Positions 27,311 through 37,422 of a stretch of 64,000 bases of DNA are shown in pieces. Location: assembly GCA_028280455.1 (NCBI GenBank), contig JANQLT010000157.1, positions 28,215 to 92,214 on the forward strand, read 5' to 3'. Position numbers and translations under genes: made by a program. Positions within the stretch are counted from its first letter, which is position 1. Each line of letters opens with the position of its first letter. The notes under the pieces are model-generated. The model worked only from the letters and a program-made list of their open reading frames with translations, was not told the DNA's origin and did no database searches. This DNA is from Kiloniellales bacterium. GTDB taxonomy: Bacteria > Pseudomonadota > Alphaproteobacteria > Kiloniellales > JAKSDN01.

Positions 27311-28381
27311 ATGAGGCGGCACGAACCTTCGACGAGCCCGGACGGCCGTAAAGCCCGGGAAATCAGCGGCCGACGGGCCGCGATCGCGGCGGGACTGATC
27401 GCCGCCCTCTGGGCCGGCCCGGCCATGGCCGCCGAGGTCAACCTCTACACCTCGCGGCACTATCAGACCGACGAGGCGCTCTACGAGAACTTCACCAAGG
27501 CGACCGGCATCAAGGTCAACCGGATCGAGGGCAAGGCCGGCGCCCTGCTCGAGCGCCTGAAGAGCGAAGGCGCCAACTCGCCGGCCGACGTCTTCATCAC
27601 CGTCGACGCCGGCAACCTCTGGCGCGCCGACCAGGCCGGGCTGTTCCAGCCGGTCGACTCGGACACGCTGAAGCGGCGCATCCCCGCGAACCTGCGCCAC
27701 CCCGACGGTCACTGGTTCGGTTTCTCGACCCGCGCCCGGGTGATCTACACCAGCATGGACCGGGTCAAGGACGGCGAGATCAGCAACTACGAAGACCTGG
27801 CCGACCCGAAGTGGAAGGGCCGCATCTGCATCCGTTCGAGCTCGAACATCTACAACCTCTCGCTGGTCAGCTCGCTGATCGACGTCAACGGCGAGGACGG
27901 CACCGAGTCCTGGGCCAAGAGCGTGGTCGGCAACTTCGCCCGTGACCCGCAGGGCGGCGACACCGATCAGATCCGCGCCGTCGCGGCCGGCGAGTGCGAC
28001 GTCGCCGTGGGCAATCACTACTACTACGTCCGCCTGGCCACCAAGCCGAAGGATGCCGACAAGGGCGTGGCGGACAAGGTCCGCGTGGTGTTCCCCAACC
28101 AGGGCGACCGCGGCACCCACGTCAACATCTCCGGTGCCGGTGTGCTGGCGAACGCGCCGAACAGGGACGCGGCGGTCGCGTTCCTCGAGTACCTGGCAAG
28201 CGGCGAAGCCCAGAGCTACTTCGCCGACGGCAACAACGAATTTCCTGTCGTGACCGAGGTAAAGGCCAACGGCGGCGTCATGGCCCTCGGCAAGTTCGAG
28301 ACCGATCCGATCAACGTTGCGGTCTACGGCAAGAACCAGCCGACGGCCCAGAAGCTGCTGGATCGCGCCGGCTGGAAGTAG
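27311..28381 (+). CDS. Fe(III)-type ABC transporter periplasmic binding protein (FbpA/AfuA/IdiA family)
   Basis: Start at the ATG at 27311. Signal peptide, then VNLYTSRHYQTDEALYENF and further family-typical blocks (ADVFITVDAGNLW, YYYV). Confidence 0.85.
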   Translation: MRRHEPSTSPDGRKAREISGRRAAIAAGLIAALWAGPAMAAEVNLYTSRHYQTDEALYENFTKATGIKVNRIEGKAGALLERLKSEGANSPADVFITVDAGNLWRADQAGLFQPVDSDTLKRRIPANLRHPDGHWFGFSTRARVIYTSMDRVKDGEISNYEDLADPKWKGRICIRSSSNIYNLSLVSSLIDVNGEDGTESWAKSVVGNFARDPQGGDTDQIRAVAAGECDVAVGNHYYYVRLATKPKDADKGVADKVRVVFPNQGDRGTHVNISGAGVLANAPNRDAAVAFLEYLASGEAQSYFADGNNEFPVVTEVKANGGVMALGKFETDPINVAVYGKNQPTAQKLLDRAGWK

Positions 28382-28415
28382 CCGCCGCTCCCGGCAAGTT
28401 ACTGATTTTGTTGGC

Positions 28416-28450
28416 GTCCCGGGCCCCTAGGGGTCCGGGACGTTCTATTT
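28416..28450. terminator. Long near-perfect palindrome between convergent genes, T-rich on the + strand
   Basis: GTCCCGGGCCCCTAGGGGTCCGGGAC (28416-28441) followed by GTTCTATTT. Confidence 0.5.
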
Positions 28451-30175
28451 GGACTCCGCTTCCGAAGCGTGGCCTGGGCGCGAGCGCCGGATGGCCGCGG
28501 ACAGCAGGATCACCGGCAGGATGCCGACGGCGACGATGGTGAGCGAGGCCGTCGAGGACTCCGCCAGGCGCTCGTCGGCGGCCAGGTTGTAGGCCTGCAC
28601 GGCCAGCGTGTCGAAGTTGAAGGGCCGCATCACCAGGGTCGCCGGCAGCTCCTTCATGACGTCGACCAGGACGATCAAGCCGGCGGCGAGCATGCTGCCG
28701 CGCATCAGCGGTATGTGAATGCGGAACAGCACGCCGCTGGGCCGCGAGCCGAGGTTGCGGGCGGCCTCGTCCATGCTGTTGCGGACCTTGGTCAGGCTCG
28801 CCTCCACCGTGCCCAGCGAGACGGCCAGAAAGCGCACGAGGTAGGCGAAGACCAGGGCGGCGATCGAGCCGGTCAGCAGCAGGCCGGTGGAGACTCCGAA
28901 GGTCTCGCGCATCCAGGCGTCCAGCGCGTTGTCGAAGGTCGCCATCGGGATCAGCACGCCGACGGCGATGACGGTGCCGGGTATCGCGTAGCCCATGGAG
29001 GCGATCCGGTTGACGCCGCTGCTGATGGCGCCCGGACTCAGTCTGCGGCTGTAGGCCAGCAGCATGGCGAGGGCGACGGCGAGCACGGCCGTCACCACGG
29101 AGAGGGTCAGGCTGTTGCCGACCAGCGAGAAGTAGCGCGGTCCGAACTGCGAATCGCCGACCTCGATGGCCATGTCGACCAGGATCAGGCCCGGCAGGAT
29201 AAAGCCGAGCATGAGCGGCACGAAGCAAACCAGGAACGCAGCGACCGCCCGCCAACCGCCGAGGCGGTAGCTCGGCAGTCGCTGGAACTTCGACGAGGTC
29301 TGATGGAAGCGCGCGGGTCCTCGGCTCCATCGCTCGAGCAGCAGGACCAGCAGGACGCAGCCGAGCAAGGCCGTGGCCAACTGGGCCGCGGCGATCGGAT
29401 CACCGTAAGAGATCCAGGCCCGGATGATGCCGGTCGTGAAGGTCGGCAAGCCGAAGAAGGAAACGGTGCCGTAGTCGGCCAGGGTCTCCATCAGGGCGAG
29501 GGCCGTGCCGGCGACGATCGCCGGTCGGGCGGTCGGCAGGGCCACCTGCCAGAAAGCCCGCCAGGCTGTGCAGCCCAGGGTCCGGCTGACCTCCAGGATG
29601 CAGATCGACTGCTCGATCAGGGCGGCGCGGGTCAGGAGGTAGACGTAGGGATAGAGCACCATGATCAGCATCAGCATGGCGCCCTCGATGGAGCGGACGT
29701 TGGGAAACCAGTAGCCGCCGGCCTCCCAGCCGGTGGCCGCGCGCAGGGCCGTCTGCAGGGGGCCGGCAAACTGCAGGAAGTCGGTGTAGCTGTAGGCCAT
29801 GACATAGGCCGGCACAGCCAGGGGCAGAACCAGGGTCCATTCGAAGACACGCACGCCGGGAAAGCGGCACATGGTGACCAGCCAGGCCGTGCTGACGCCG
29901 ATCACCAGCACGCCGAAACCGACGCCGAGCGTCAGGATGACGGTGTTGGCGATGTAGCGGGGCAGCACCGTTTCGGCCAGGTGCTGCCAGGTGCCCTCGC
30001 TTTCCAGGAAGGGGCTCGCCAGGATGCTGCCGATCGGCAGGATGAAGAGCAGGGCGGTGACCAGCGCGGCAGCCGTCAGGATCGGCAGGCGCAAGGAAGC
30101 GGACCGGCGCTCGCCTGTCGCCGGGCTCATGGGCAGGAGCTCGAGGGGCTCCCGGGTCGGCGGTAGGGCCGCCAT
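28445..30175 (-). CDS. Fe(III)-type ABC transporter permease (duplicated two-domain FbpB type)
   Basis: Two tandem BPD-transporter permease domains. I chose the ATG at 30175, preceded by AGGAG; the ATG at 30130 is an alternative. Confidence 0.85.
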   Translation of the reverse strand: MAALPPTREPLELLPMSPATGERRSASLRLPILTAAALVTALLFILPIGSILASPFLESEGTWQHLAETVLPRYIANTVILTLGVGFGVLVIGVSTAWLVTMCRFPGVRVFEWTLVLPLAVPAYVMAYSYTDFLQFAGPLQTALRAATGWEAGGYWFPNVRSIEGAMLMLIMVLYPYVYLLTRAALIEQSICILEVSRTLGCTAWRAFWQVALPTARPAIVAGTALALMETLADYGTVSFFGLPTFTTGIIRAWISYGDPIAAAQLATALLGCVLLVLLLERWSRGPARFHQTSSKFQRLPSYRLGGWRAVAAFLVCFVPLMLGFILPGLILVDMAIEVGDSQFGPRYFSLVGNSLTLSVVTAVLAVALAMLLAYSRRLSPGAISSGVNRIASMGYAIPGTVIAVGVLIPMATFDNALDAWMRETFGVSTGLLLTGSIAALVFAYLVRFLAVSLGTVEASLTKVRNSMDEAARNLGSRPSGVLFRIHIPLMRGSMLAAGLIVLVDVMKELPATLVMRPFNFDTLAVQAYNLAADERLAESSTASLTIVAVGILPVILLSAAIRRSRPGHASEAESK

Positions 30176-30368
30176 TCCGCTCCTGAATCCTCCAAACCGA
30201 CCGGCCCGATGCAGCCTCGTCCGAGCCGCTGCGCCGCCCCGCCCGGGCAGCGCCCTGCTGTACTCAATCGGCGCCGCGATCACAACCGGCCGCCGGGCCG
30301 CCGAAATCGCCGGCGCCGGTCGAAAGACAAGGGATGGCGCGACCTTTGGCCTAGTCCGACAACTAGGG

Positions 30369-30383
30369 GTAACGCCTTCTTAA
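30369..30383. promoter_or_regulatory. CtrA-box-like sequence GTAA-N7-TTAA upstream of cheA
   Basis: One mismatch to TTAA-N7-TTAA, about 105 nt upstream of the cheA start. Confidence 0.2.
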
Positions 30384-30488
30384 TCTCTTTTTGGGACCGT
30401 TCGGGAGGATTTTCGGGGGGCGAAGGTCCTGCGCCCTGACCCCGCCTCGCTCTTCCTTGACCAAATAGGTTAATCGGGAACAGGGTCC

Positions 30489-33152
30489 ATGGACGATCTA
30501 CTGAGCGAATTCTTGACGGAGACCAACGAGAGCCTCGAGGTACTCGATCAGGAACTGATCAAGCTGGAGCAGAACCCGGACGATCCGGAATTGCTCGGCA
30601 ACATCTTCCGCTTGATGCACACCATCAAGGGTACTTGCGGCTTTCTCGGGCTGCCTCGTCTCGAATCCGTCGCCCATGCCGGCGAGAACGTTCTCGGCAA
30701 GCTCCGCGAAGGCGAGCTCGAGATGTCTGCCGAGACCGTCTCCATCATTCTCGAGGCGCTCGACAAGATCCGCGAGATCCTCTCCGTGCTCGAGGCGACG
30801 GAAGCCGAGCCGGAAGGCGAGGACTCGGACCTGATCGCGCGATTGAACGCCGCCGCAGAGGGCGGCGGCGCGGCTGCCGTCGAGGAAGCGCCGGCCGAGG
30901 CGGACTCCGCCGAGGAAGAGGTCGCCGCCGAGAGCGAGGAGGAAGCTCCCGCAGAGGCCGAGGCCACGCCCGAGCTGCCGGCCGAGGTCGCGCCGGTGGC
31001 CGCGAGCAGCCCGCCCCCGGCGCCCCGCGCGCCGAGCGAGAAGCCGCAGACGGCGGCCTCGGAGGAGGCCCATCGCGAGTCGGCCGTCGCCAACCAGTCC
31101 CTGCGGGTCAACGTCGAGGTGCTCGAGAACCTCATGACGATGGTCTCCGAGCTCGTGCTGACCCGCAATCAGCTCCTGCAGATCCTGCGGACCAAGAAGG
31201 AAAGCGACTTCGCGGGCCCGCTGCAGCAGCTCAACCACGTCGTCTCGGAGCTGCAGGACGGTGTCATGCAGACCCGCATGCAGCCGATCGGCAATGCCTG
31301 GTCGAAGCTGCCGCGCATCATCCGCGACCTGGCGCTCGAGCTGGACAAGAAGATCGAGCTGGTGATGAAGGGCGCGGACACCGAGCTGGACCGCCAGGTG
31401 CTCGAGCTGATCAAGGATCCGCTGACTCACATGGTGCGGAACTCCGCCGACCATGGCCTGGAGACCCCGCAGGACCGGGTCGCCAACGGCAAGGCGGAAA
31501 CCGGCACGGTGACCTTGAACGCCTACCACGAAGGCGGCCACATCATCATCGAGATCGCCGACGACGGTCGCGGCATCCCCATCGAGAAGGTCAAGGAGAA
31601 GGTGCTGGCCAACGGCCTCGCCAGCGAGGCCGAGCTCGAGACGATGACCGACCAGCAGATCCAGCAGTTCATCTTCAAGGCCGGTTTCTCGACGGCGGCC
31701 GCCGTCACCTCCGTCTCCGGCCGCGGCGTCGGCATGGACGTGGTGCGCACCAACATCGAGAAGATCGGCGGCACCATCGAGCTCAACTCCACCGAGGGCA
31801 AGGGCTCGACCTTCACCATCAAGATCCCGCTGACCCTGGCCATCGTCTCGGCGCTGATCGTCGAGTGCGCCGGCGAGCGCTTCGCCATTCCGCAGCTCTC
31901 GGTGGTCGAGCTGGTCCGCGCCTCGGCCAATTCCGAGCACACGATCGAGACCATCAAGGACACGCCGGTCCTGCGCCTGCGCAGCCGGCTCCTGCCGCTG
32001 GTCAGCCTGCAGGATCTCCTGGGCATCCGCGCGCCCGACGGCGAGGAGACCGAAGGCGATCAGGGCAAGATCGACTCCCACGGCTTCATCGTCGTGGCCC
32101 AGGTCGGCACCTACACCTTCGGCATCATCGTCGATCGCGTCTTCGATACCGAGGAGATCGTGGTCAAGCCGGTGGCGCCGATCCTGCGCAACATCTCGCT
32201 CTACTCCGGCAACACTATCCTCGGCGACGGCAGCGTCGTGATGATCCTCGACCCCAACGGGATCGCGGCGGCCACCGGCGAGATCAGCGTGACCGAGAAC
32301 TCCGGCCAGGATGTCGGCGAGCGCGCCGGCCGCGGCGGCTCGGAGCGCATCGCCATGCTGCTGTTCCATGCCGGCGACGACTCGCCCAAGGCGGTGCCCT
32401 TGGCCCTGGTCGCCCGACTGGAAGAGGTGGACTGCGACGACATCGAGATCACCAACGGCCGACATGTCGTGCAGTACCGCGGTCAGCTCATGCCGCTGGT
32501 CGGCTCGACGGGCGAGATCCACGTCAAGGAGGGCGGCAAGCTGCCGGTCCTGGTGTTCAGCGACAAGGGCCGGAACATGGGCCTGGTGGTCGACGACATC
32601 GTCGACATCGTCGAGGACAACATGGCCGTCGAGCTCGCCGATTCCCGGCCCGGCTTCATCGGCAGCGCGGTCATCGGCGGCAAGGCTACCGACATCATCG
32701 ATGCAGCCTACTACCTGCGGCAGGCCTTCCCCGACTGGTTCAACATGGACTCCAACGACAGCCCGTTGCAGCGCCAGAAGATCCTGCTGGTCGACGACAG
32801 CAGCTTCTTCCGGCACCTGCTGGCGCCCTTGCTGCAGACCGCCGGCTACCAGGTGGTCGCCGCCGAGAGCGCAAAGGAGGCGCTCAGCCTCTGCGACGAC
32901 GGCGAGGTCTTCGATCTGATCGTCTCGGACATCGAGATGCCGGAGATGGACGGCTTCGCCTTCGCCGAGTCCGTAAAGCAGAGCAGCCGCTGGTCGCAGA
33001 CTCCGATCCTGGCCCTCTCGTCCCACCACGGCCCGAACGAGCTCGCCCGCGGTCGGGAGGTCGGCTTCATCGACTATGTCGCCAAGGACGACCGCGACGG
33101 TCTCCTCAGCTCCATCGAGCAGACGCTCACTGAACTTCGAGGTGCCGCATGA
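30489..33152 (+). CDS. cheA: Chemotaxis histidine kinase CheA with C-terminal receiver domain
   Basis: HPt (FRLMHTIKGTCGF), an acidic Ala/Glu linker, the dimerisation and HATPase domains (DHGLE, DDGRGI, GRGVGMDVV), a CheW-like domain, and a C-terminal REC (ILLVDDS...SDIEMPEMDG). Confidence 0.95.
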   Translation: MDDLLSEFLTETNESLEVLDQELIKLEQNPDDPELLGNIFRLMHTIKGTCGFLGLPRLESVAHAGENVLGKLREGELEMSAETVSIILEALDKIREILSVLEATEAEPEGEDSDLIARLNAAAEGGGAAAVEEAPAEADSAEEEVAAESEEEAPAEAEATPELPAEVAPVAASSPPPAPRAPSEKPQTAASEEAHRESAVANQSLRVNVEVLENLMTMVSELVLTRNQLLQILRTKKESDFAGPLQQLNHVVSELQDGVMQTRMQPIGNAWSKLPRIIRDLALELDKKIELVMKGADTELDRQVLELIKDPLTHMVRNSADHGLETPQDRVANGKAETGTVTLNAYHEGGHIIIEIADDGRGIPIEKVKEKVLANGLASEAELETMTDQQIQQFIFKAGFSTAAAVTSVSGRGVGMDVVRTNIEKIGGTIELNSTEGKGSTFTIKIPLTLAIVSALIVECAGERFAIPQLSVVELVRASANSEHTIETIKDTPVLRLRSRLLPLVSLQDLLGIRAPDGEETEGDQGKIDSHGFIVVAQVGTYTFGIIVDRVFDTEEIVVKPVAPILRNISLYSGNTILGDGSVVMILDPNGIAAATGEISVTENSGQDVGERAGRGGSERIAMLLFHAGDDSPKAVPLALVARLEEVDCDDIEITNGRHVVQYRGQLMPLVGSTGEIHVKEGGKLPVLVFSDKGRNMGLVVDDIVDIVEDNMAVELADSRPGFIGSAVIGGKATDIIDAAYYLRQAFPDWFNMDSNDSPLQRQKILLVDDSSFFRHLLAPLLQTAGYQVVAAESAKEALSLCDDGEVFDLIVSDIEMPEMDGFAFAESVKQSSRWSQTPILALSSHHGPNELARGREVGFIDYVAKDDRDGLLSSIEQTLTELRGAA

Positions 33153-33640
33153 CCAGCCAACAGCAGACCGAGCAGACGGGCCACGGCACGGGCTTTGCCG
33201 CGGACGCTGCGGAATTCGTGACCTTCGTCATCGAAGGGCAGCTCTTCGGCATACCGGTGCTCGGCGTCCAGGACGTCCTGGCGGCGCACAAGATCACGCG
33301 CATCGCCCTGGCGCCCTCGGAGATCGCCGGCTCCTTGAACCTGCGGGGCCGGATCGTCACGGCTTTCGACGTCCGGCGCCGCCTCGGGCTGCAGCCCCGG
33401 GACTGCTACGAGGATTCCATGAGCATCGTCGTCGAGCACAGCGGCGAGCTCTACAGCCTGTTGGTCGACTCCGTGGGCGAGGTTCTCGCGCTCTCCGCGG
33501 ACGACTACGAGAAGAACCCGCCGACCTTGGCCGCGGGGATTCGGGAGTACTCCTCCGGAATCTATCGCCTCGATCAGCGGCTTCTCGTCGTGCTGGATGT
33601 GGATCGCCTGCTCGACTACGAGCCGGCCTTGGTGGCTTGA
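33149..33640 (+). CDS. cheW: Chemotaxis coupling protein CheW
   Basis: 163 aa with a CheW-like fold sequence (FVTFVIEGQLFGIPV, NLRGRIVT). ATGA overlap with cheA. Confidence 0.9.
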   Translation: MTSQQQTEQTGHGTGFAADAAEFVTFVIEGQLFGIPVLGVQDVLAAHKITRIALAPSEIAGSLNLRGRIVTAFDVRRRLGLQPRDCYEDSMSIVVEHSGELYSLLVDSVGEVLALSADDYEKNPPTLAAGIREYSSGIYRLDQRLLVVLDVDRLLDYEPALVA

Positions 33641-33723
33641 GCGAGAGGGGCCGCGAAAACGGTGCCGATCGCCGCTGCCCGCAATGACGAGGCAACGCGC
33701 GGAACGCGACTAGGAGATGCGCA

Positions 33724-34089
33724 ATGAAGACCTGCTTGGTGGTTGACGATTCCAGAGTCGTGCGAATGGTCGCCCGCAAGATCCTCGAAGGCTTGAGCAT
33801 GAAGGTCGTCGAGGCCGAGGACGGCCAGCAAGCCCTCGACCGCTGCGACGAGAGCATGCCGGATGCGGTCCTGCTCGACTGGAACATGCCGGTGATGAGC
33901 GGGATCGAGTTCCTGCGGGCGCTGCGCTCGAAGGCCGATGTGACTCAGCCGATCGTCGTTTTCTGCACGACCGAGAACGACATGGCCCACATTCAGGAGG
34001 CCATAAGCAGCGGCGCCAACGAGTACATCATGAAGCCCTTCGATAGCGAGATCATCGAATCGAAGTTCAGCCAGGTCGGTCTGCTTTGA
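33724..34089 (+). CDS. cheY: Chemotaxis response regulator CheY
   Basis: 121-aa single REC domain (LVVDDS, LLDWNMPVMSG, MKPF). Confidence 0.9.
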   Translation: MKTCLVVDDSRVVRMVARKILEGLSMKVVEAEDGQQALDRCDESMPDAVLLDWNMPVMSGIEFLRALRSKADVTQPIVVFCTTENDMAHIQEAISSGANEYIMKPFDSEIIESKFSQVGLL

Positions 34090-34126
34090 CGCAGGCCAAT
34101 CGCCGTTTTTTGGGGGCAGACGCCTT

Positions 34127-35236
34127 ATGACCGCGCCTTATCGCGTGATGGTGGTGGATGACTCGGCCGTGGTGCGCGGCCTGCTCGTGCGTGCGCTCGA
34201 CGCCGACCCGGCGATCGAAGTCGCGGCTTCCGTCGCTGACGGGCTGACCGCAATCAAGAGAGCCGGCCGCGACGAGATCGAGGTCGTCGTGCTCGACATC
34301 GAGATGCCGGTGATGGACGGCTTGACCGCGCTGCCGAAGATCATCGAGGCGCGGCCGGACGCGCAGGTCATCGTCGCCTCGACCCTGACCCGCCGGAACG
34401 CCGAGATCAGCCTGCGCGCCTTGCGTGCCGGGGCGGCGGACTACATCGCCAAGCCCAGCTCGAGCTCGGACCTGCACTCGCCCGAGGGCTTCAACAAGGA
34501 GCTGATCGACAAGGTCAAGGCGCTCGGCGCCGCCCGCCGCTCGGTTTCCGGCGAGCCTGCCGCCAGTCCGGCCAAGGCGGCCAAGGCCATTGGCGAGCCG
34601 GTCCCGCAAGGGGCGCCCGCCAAGGAGATCAAGCTCCGCCCGGCGCCGAGCTTCGTGCCGCGGGCCCTGGCCATCGGCAGCTCGACGGGCGGCCCGCAGG
34701 CGCTGCACGACCTCTTCGCGGCGCTGCCGTCGCGCATTCCAGTGCCGATCTTCCTGGTCCAACACATGCCGCCGGCCTTCACGAACCTGCTGGCCGAGCA
34801 TCTCAGCCGCAGCTCGTCGATCGCCTGCAGCGAAGGCAAGGACGGCGAGCCCGTGGTTGCCGGACGGGCCTATCTGGCACCCGGCGACTACCACATGGAA
34901 GTGGAGGCCAAAGGCGGCTCGCCGGCGATCCGGCTGCACCAGGGGCCGCAGGAGAATTTCTGCCGGCCGGCAGTCGATCCGACCTTGCGGAGCCTCGCGA
35001 AGGTCTATGGCGGCAAGGTTCAGGTGGTCATCCTGACCGGTATGGGGGCCGATGGGATGAAGGGCTCGCGGGCAATCGTCGAATCCGGCGGCGCCGTCGT
35101 TGCACAGGACGAGGAGTCGAGCGTCGTTTGGGGCATGCCCGGCGCCGTGGCTTCGGCCGGCCTCTGCTCCGCCGTGCTGCCCTTGCCCGAGATCGCGCCC
35201 TATTTGAATGGACTCCTGATGAGGTCCGCGGCATGA
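34127..35236 (+). CDS. cheB: Chemotaxis methylesterase CheB
   Basis: REC domain plus a CheB methylesterase domain (IGSSTGGPQAL, VQHMP, GMGADG, VVWGMPG). Confidence 0.9.
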   Translation: MTAPYRVMVVDDSAVVRGLLVRALDADPAIEVAASVADGLTAIKRAGRDEIEVVVLDIEMPVMDGLTALPKIIEARPDAQVIVASTLTRRNAEISLRALRAGAADYIAKPSSSSDLHSPEGFNKELIDKVKALGAARRSVSGEPAASPAKAAKAIGEPVPQGAPAKEIKLRPAPSFVPRALAIGSSTGGPQALHDLFAALPSRIPVPIFLVQHMPPAFTNLLAEHLSRSSSIACSEGKDGEPVVAGRAYLAPGDYHMEVEAKGGSPAIRLHQGPQENFCRPAVDPTLRSLAKVYGGKVQVVILTGMGADGMKGSRAIVESGGAVVAQDEESSVVWGMPGAVASAGLCSAVLPLPEIAPYLNGLLMRSAA

Positions 35237-36078
35237 ACGTCAGCGATTTCGATATGATCACGCGAATCTTGCGTGAGCGCTCAGGTCTGGTCCTGTCGAA
35301 GGACAAGGCATACCTGATCGAGAGCCGTCTCAACCCGGTTGCGCGCAAGTGGCAGTTCAAGAACTTCGACGACCTGGCCAGCGCGCTGCGCCTCGGCAAC
35401 GACGAGAAGCTGCTGCGCGACGTCACCGAGGCCATGACCACGAACGAGTCGTTCTTCTTCCGCGACAGCAAGCCGTTCGACCAGTTCAAGGCCATCGTCC
35501 TGCCGCACCTGATCAACGCCCGGGCGTCGAAACGCTCCTTCCGCATCTGGTCCGCGGCCTGCTCCAGCGGCCAGGAGCCCTACTCGCTGGCCATGATCCT
35601 CAAGGAGGCGGGGGCCAGCCTGTCGGGCTGGAGGATCGAGATCGTCGCCACCGACCTCAGCACGGAGATCCTGCAGAAGGCGCAGGAGGGAGCCTACTCC
35701 CAGTTCGAAGTGCAGCGCGGCCTGCCGATCGAGTACCTGGTGAAGTACTTCAAGCAGGAAGGCGAGCGCTGGATGATCGATCCCTCGATCCGCCAGATGG
35801 TCACCTACAAGACCTTCAACCTGCTCGAGGACCCTATGGCTCTCGGTACCTTCGACGTGGTCTTCCTGCGCAACGTGCTGATCTACTTCGACCAGCCGAC
35901 CAAGTCCCAGGTGCTGGCCGGCATTGCCCGCAACATGCCGGCCGACGGCTTCCTCTACCTGGGCGGCGCCGAGACCGTGCTGGGCATCTCGGATTCCTTC
36001 CAGCTGATTCCCGGCCAACGCGGCATCTACGGCCTGATCCCCTCCGGCGCAGCGGCGGCGAAGTCGGCCGTCGGCTGA
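35233..36078 (+). CDS. cheR: Chemotaxis methyltransferase CheR
   Basis: Start at the ATG at 35233 (ATGA overlap with cheB). CheR motifs (TTNESFFFRD, IWSAACSSGQEPYS, FLRNVLIYFD). Confidence 0.9.
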   Translation: MNVSDFDMITRILRERSGLVLSKDKAYLIESRLNPVARKWQFKNFDDLASALRLGNDEKLLRDVTEAMTTNESFFFRDSKPFDQFKAIVLPHLINARASKRSFRIWSAACSSGQEPYSLAMILKEAGASLSGWRIEIVATDLSTEILQKAQEGAYSQFEVQRGLPIEYLVKYFKQEGERWMIDPSIRQMVTYKTFNLLEDPMALGTFDVVFLRNVLIYFDQPTKSQVLAGIARNMPADGFLYLGGAETVLGISDSFQLIPGQRGIYGLIPSGAAAAKSAVG

Positions 36079-36194
36079 CAAGGCACTTGCGGCCGGCGCG
36101 CCGCGACGGCGACAGCCGCTTCCGCGCCAGCACTCCAGATCGCATGGCGATGAGCCCGGCTCATCACGGCGCGGCACTCGCCGTCGAACCGAGG

Positions 36195-36704
36195 CTACAC
36201 AGCGATGTCGGAGTATCGACCGCGGAAGAAGAGCAGCGCGTTTCTGCCGGTATCCCGTAAGGTGCCGAGGGCTTCCACGAGGCCCAGTATGACCAAATGG
36301 TCGCCGGCGTCGACCTGCCTGTAGGTGCGGCACTCGAGAGTCGCCAGGGCGTCGGCGATCAGCGGCGCATCGATGCTGATGCTGCGAGACTTCGGTACAT
36401 CGCGCCATTTGTCGGCCAGGGGCGCCGCGAACTGCCTCGACAGGTGTTGCTGATCGCTGGCCAGGATGTTCACCGCAAAGCCCCGGGCCCGCTTCCATTT
36501 GTCATAGGCATGGGAGCTCTTGGCGACGCTCCACAAGACGAGGGGCGGGTCGAGGGAGACCGAGTTGAAGGAGCTCACCGTTGCACCGAGGTCTTCGCCA
36601 TGCTCGGTCGTCGCGGTGACGACGACCACGCCTGTCGGAAACATCCCGAGAGCGTGTCGGAACTCGGAGCTTGAGAAGGGTCTCGTTCCCTCTGCCGATG
36701 CCAT
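36195..36704 (-). CDS. Flavin reductase (HpaC-like reductase component of a two-component monooxygenase)
   Basis: 169 aa. FRHALGMFPTGVVVVT and SSFNSVSLDPPLVLW are typical of the flavin reductase family. Confidence 0.85.
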   Translation of the reverse strand: MASAEGTRPFSSSEFRHALGMFPTGVVVVTATTEHGEDLGATVSSFNSVSLDPPLVLWSVAKSSHAYDKWKRARGFAVNILASDQQHLSRQFAAPLADKWRDVPKSRSISIDAPLIADALATLECRTYRQVDAGDHLVILGLVEALGTLRDTGRNALLFFRGRYSDIAV

Positions 36705-36789
36705 CGTGCCGCCCTGTTCTGTCGTCTGCCGCCACTGGCTGGCGAGCCGGTATCACGCCCGCGCGCTTCAATCACTTTGCCTGGGCGGA

Positions 36790-36802
36790 ATTGTAATACA
36801 AG
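36790..36802. promoter_or_regulatory. GntR-type operator copy 1 (ATTGTAATACAAG)
   Basis: ATTGT-N3-ACAAg palindrome 86 nt upstream of the flavin reductase start. It shares its arms with the sites at 43720 and 44742. Confidence 0.45.
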
Positions 36803-36825
36803 AAAGCTTTTTTTCAAAGGTAAAA

Positions 36826-37422
36826 TCAGGACTCGTCGACCCGCACGTCGCCGATGTGGCGCAGCAACGACAATGCCCGATCGGTAGAGGCGACGAGACG
36901 CGGCATGATCTCCCTTACACGATCGAAATCATCTCGAGTCAGGTTGCCGAAGTGCACGTCGTTGACCTGAGACTGCAAGCCGGACAGCTTGTCCAGCCGC
37001 TCCCATCCGTCATCGGTGATCTCGAGATTGACCCGTCGGCGATCCTGGTCGTTCTCGGACTTACTGATCAGTCCGAACTCCGTCAGCTTCTTGCATTCGT
37101 TCGTGACGAAGGAGCCGCTCAGGTGCAAGTGCGATGCGATGTCGGAGACCGTGACCGGGCCTTTCTCGGTGAGATGGGCGATCGAGATGATGATCGTGTA
37201 TTGCGGGCCGGACACGCCGATCAGTCTGGCGTATCCGTCTCTGACGGCGGTCAGTCGTGCGGCAAAGGCGAGGGAGTCGTGAACGAACTTGCGGAAATGA
37301 AAATCGTTGCCGTCGACCAGGAGCTCGTCTCGGCTGACCGTGTTGTTGGCCCTTCTGCGCGGTCGACGCGATGCAGACTTGCCCCTTGTCTTGGTTCTTA
37401 CGCCCGCCATGGGTCCTCTCAT
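36826..37422 (-). CDS. MarR family transcriptional regulator
   Basis: wHTH region (VTVSDIASHLHLSGSFVTNECKKLTEFGLISKSENDQDRRRVNLEITDDG) with a basic N-terminal extension. Confidence 0.8.
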   Translation of the reverse strand: MRGPMAGVRTKTRGKSASRRPRRRANNTVSRDELLVDGNDFHFRKFVHDSLAFAARLTAVRDGYARLIGVSGPQYTIIISIAHLTEKGPVTVSDIASHLHLSGSFVTNECKKLTEFGLISKSENDQDRRRVNLEITDDGWERLDKLSGLQSQVNDVHFGNLTRDDFDRVREIMPRLVASTDRALSLLRHIGDVRVDES

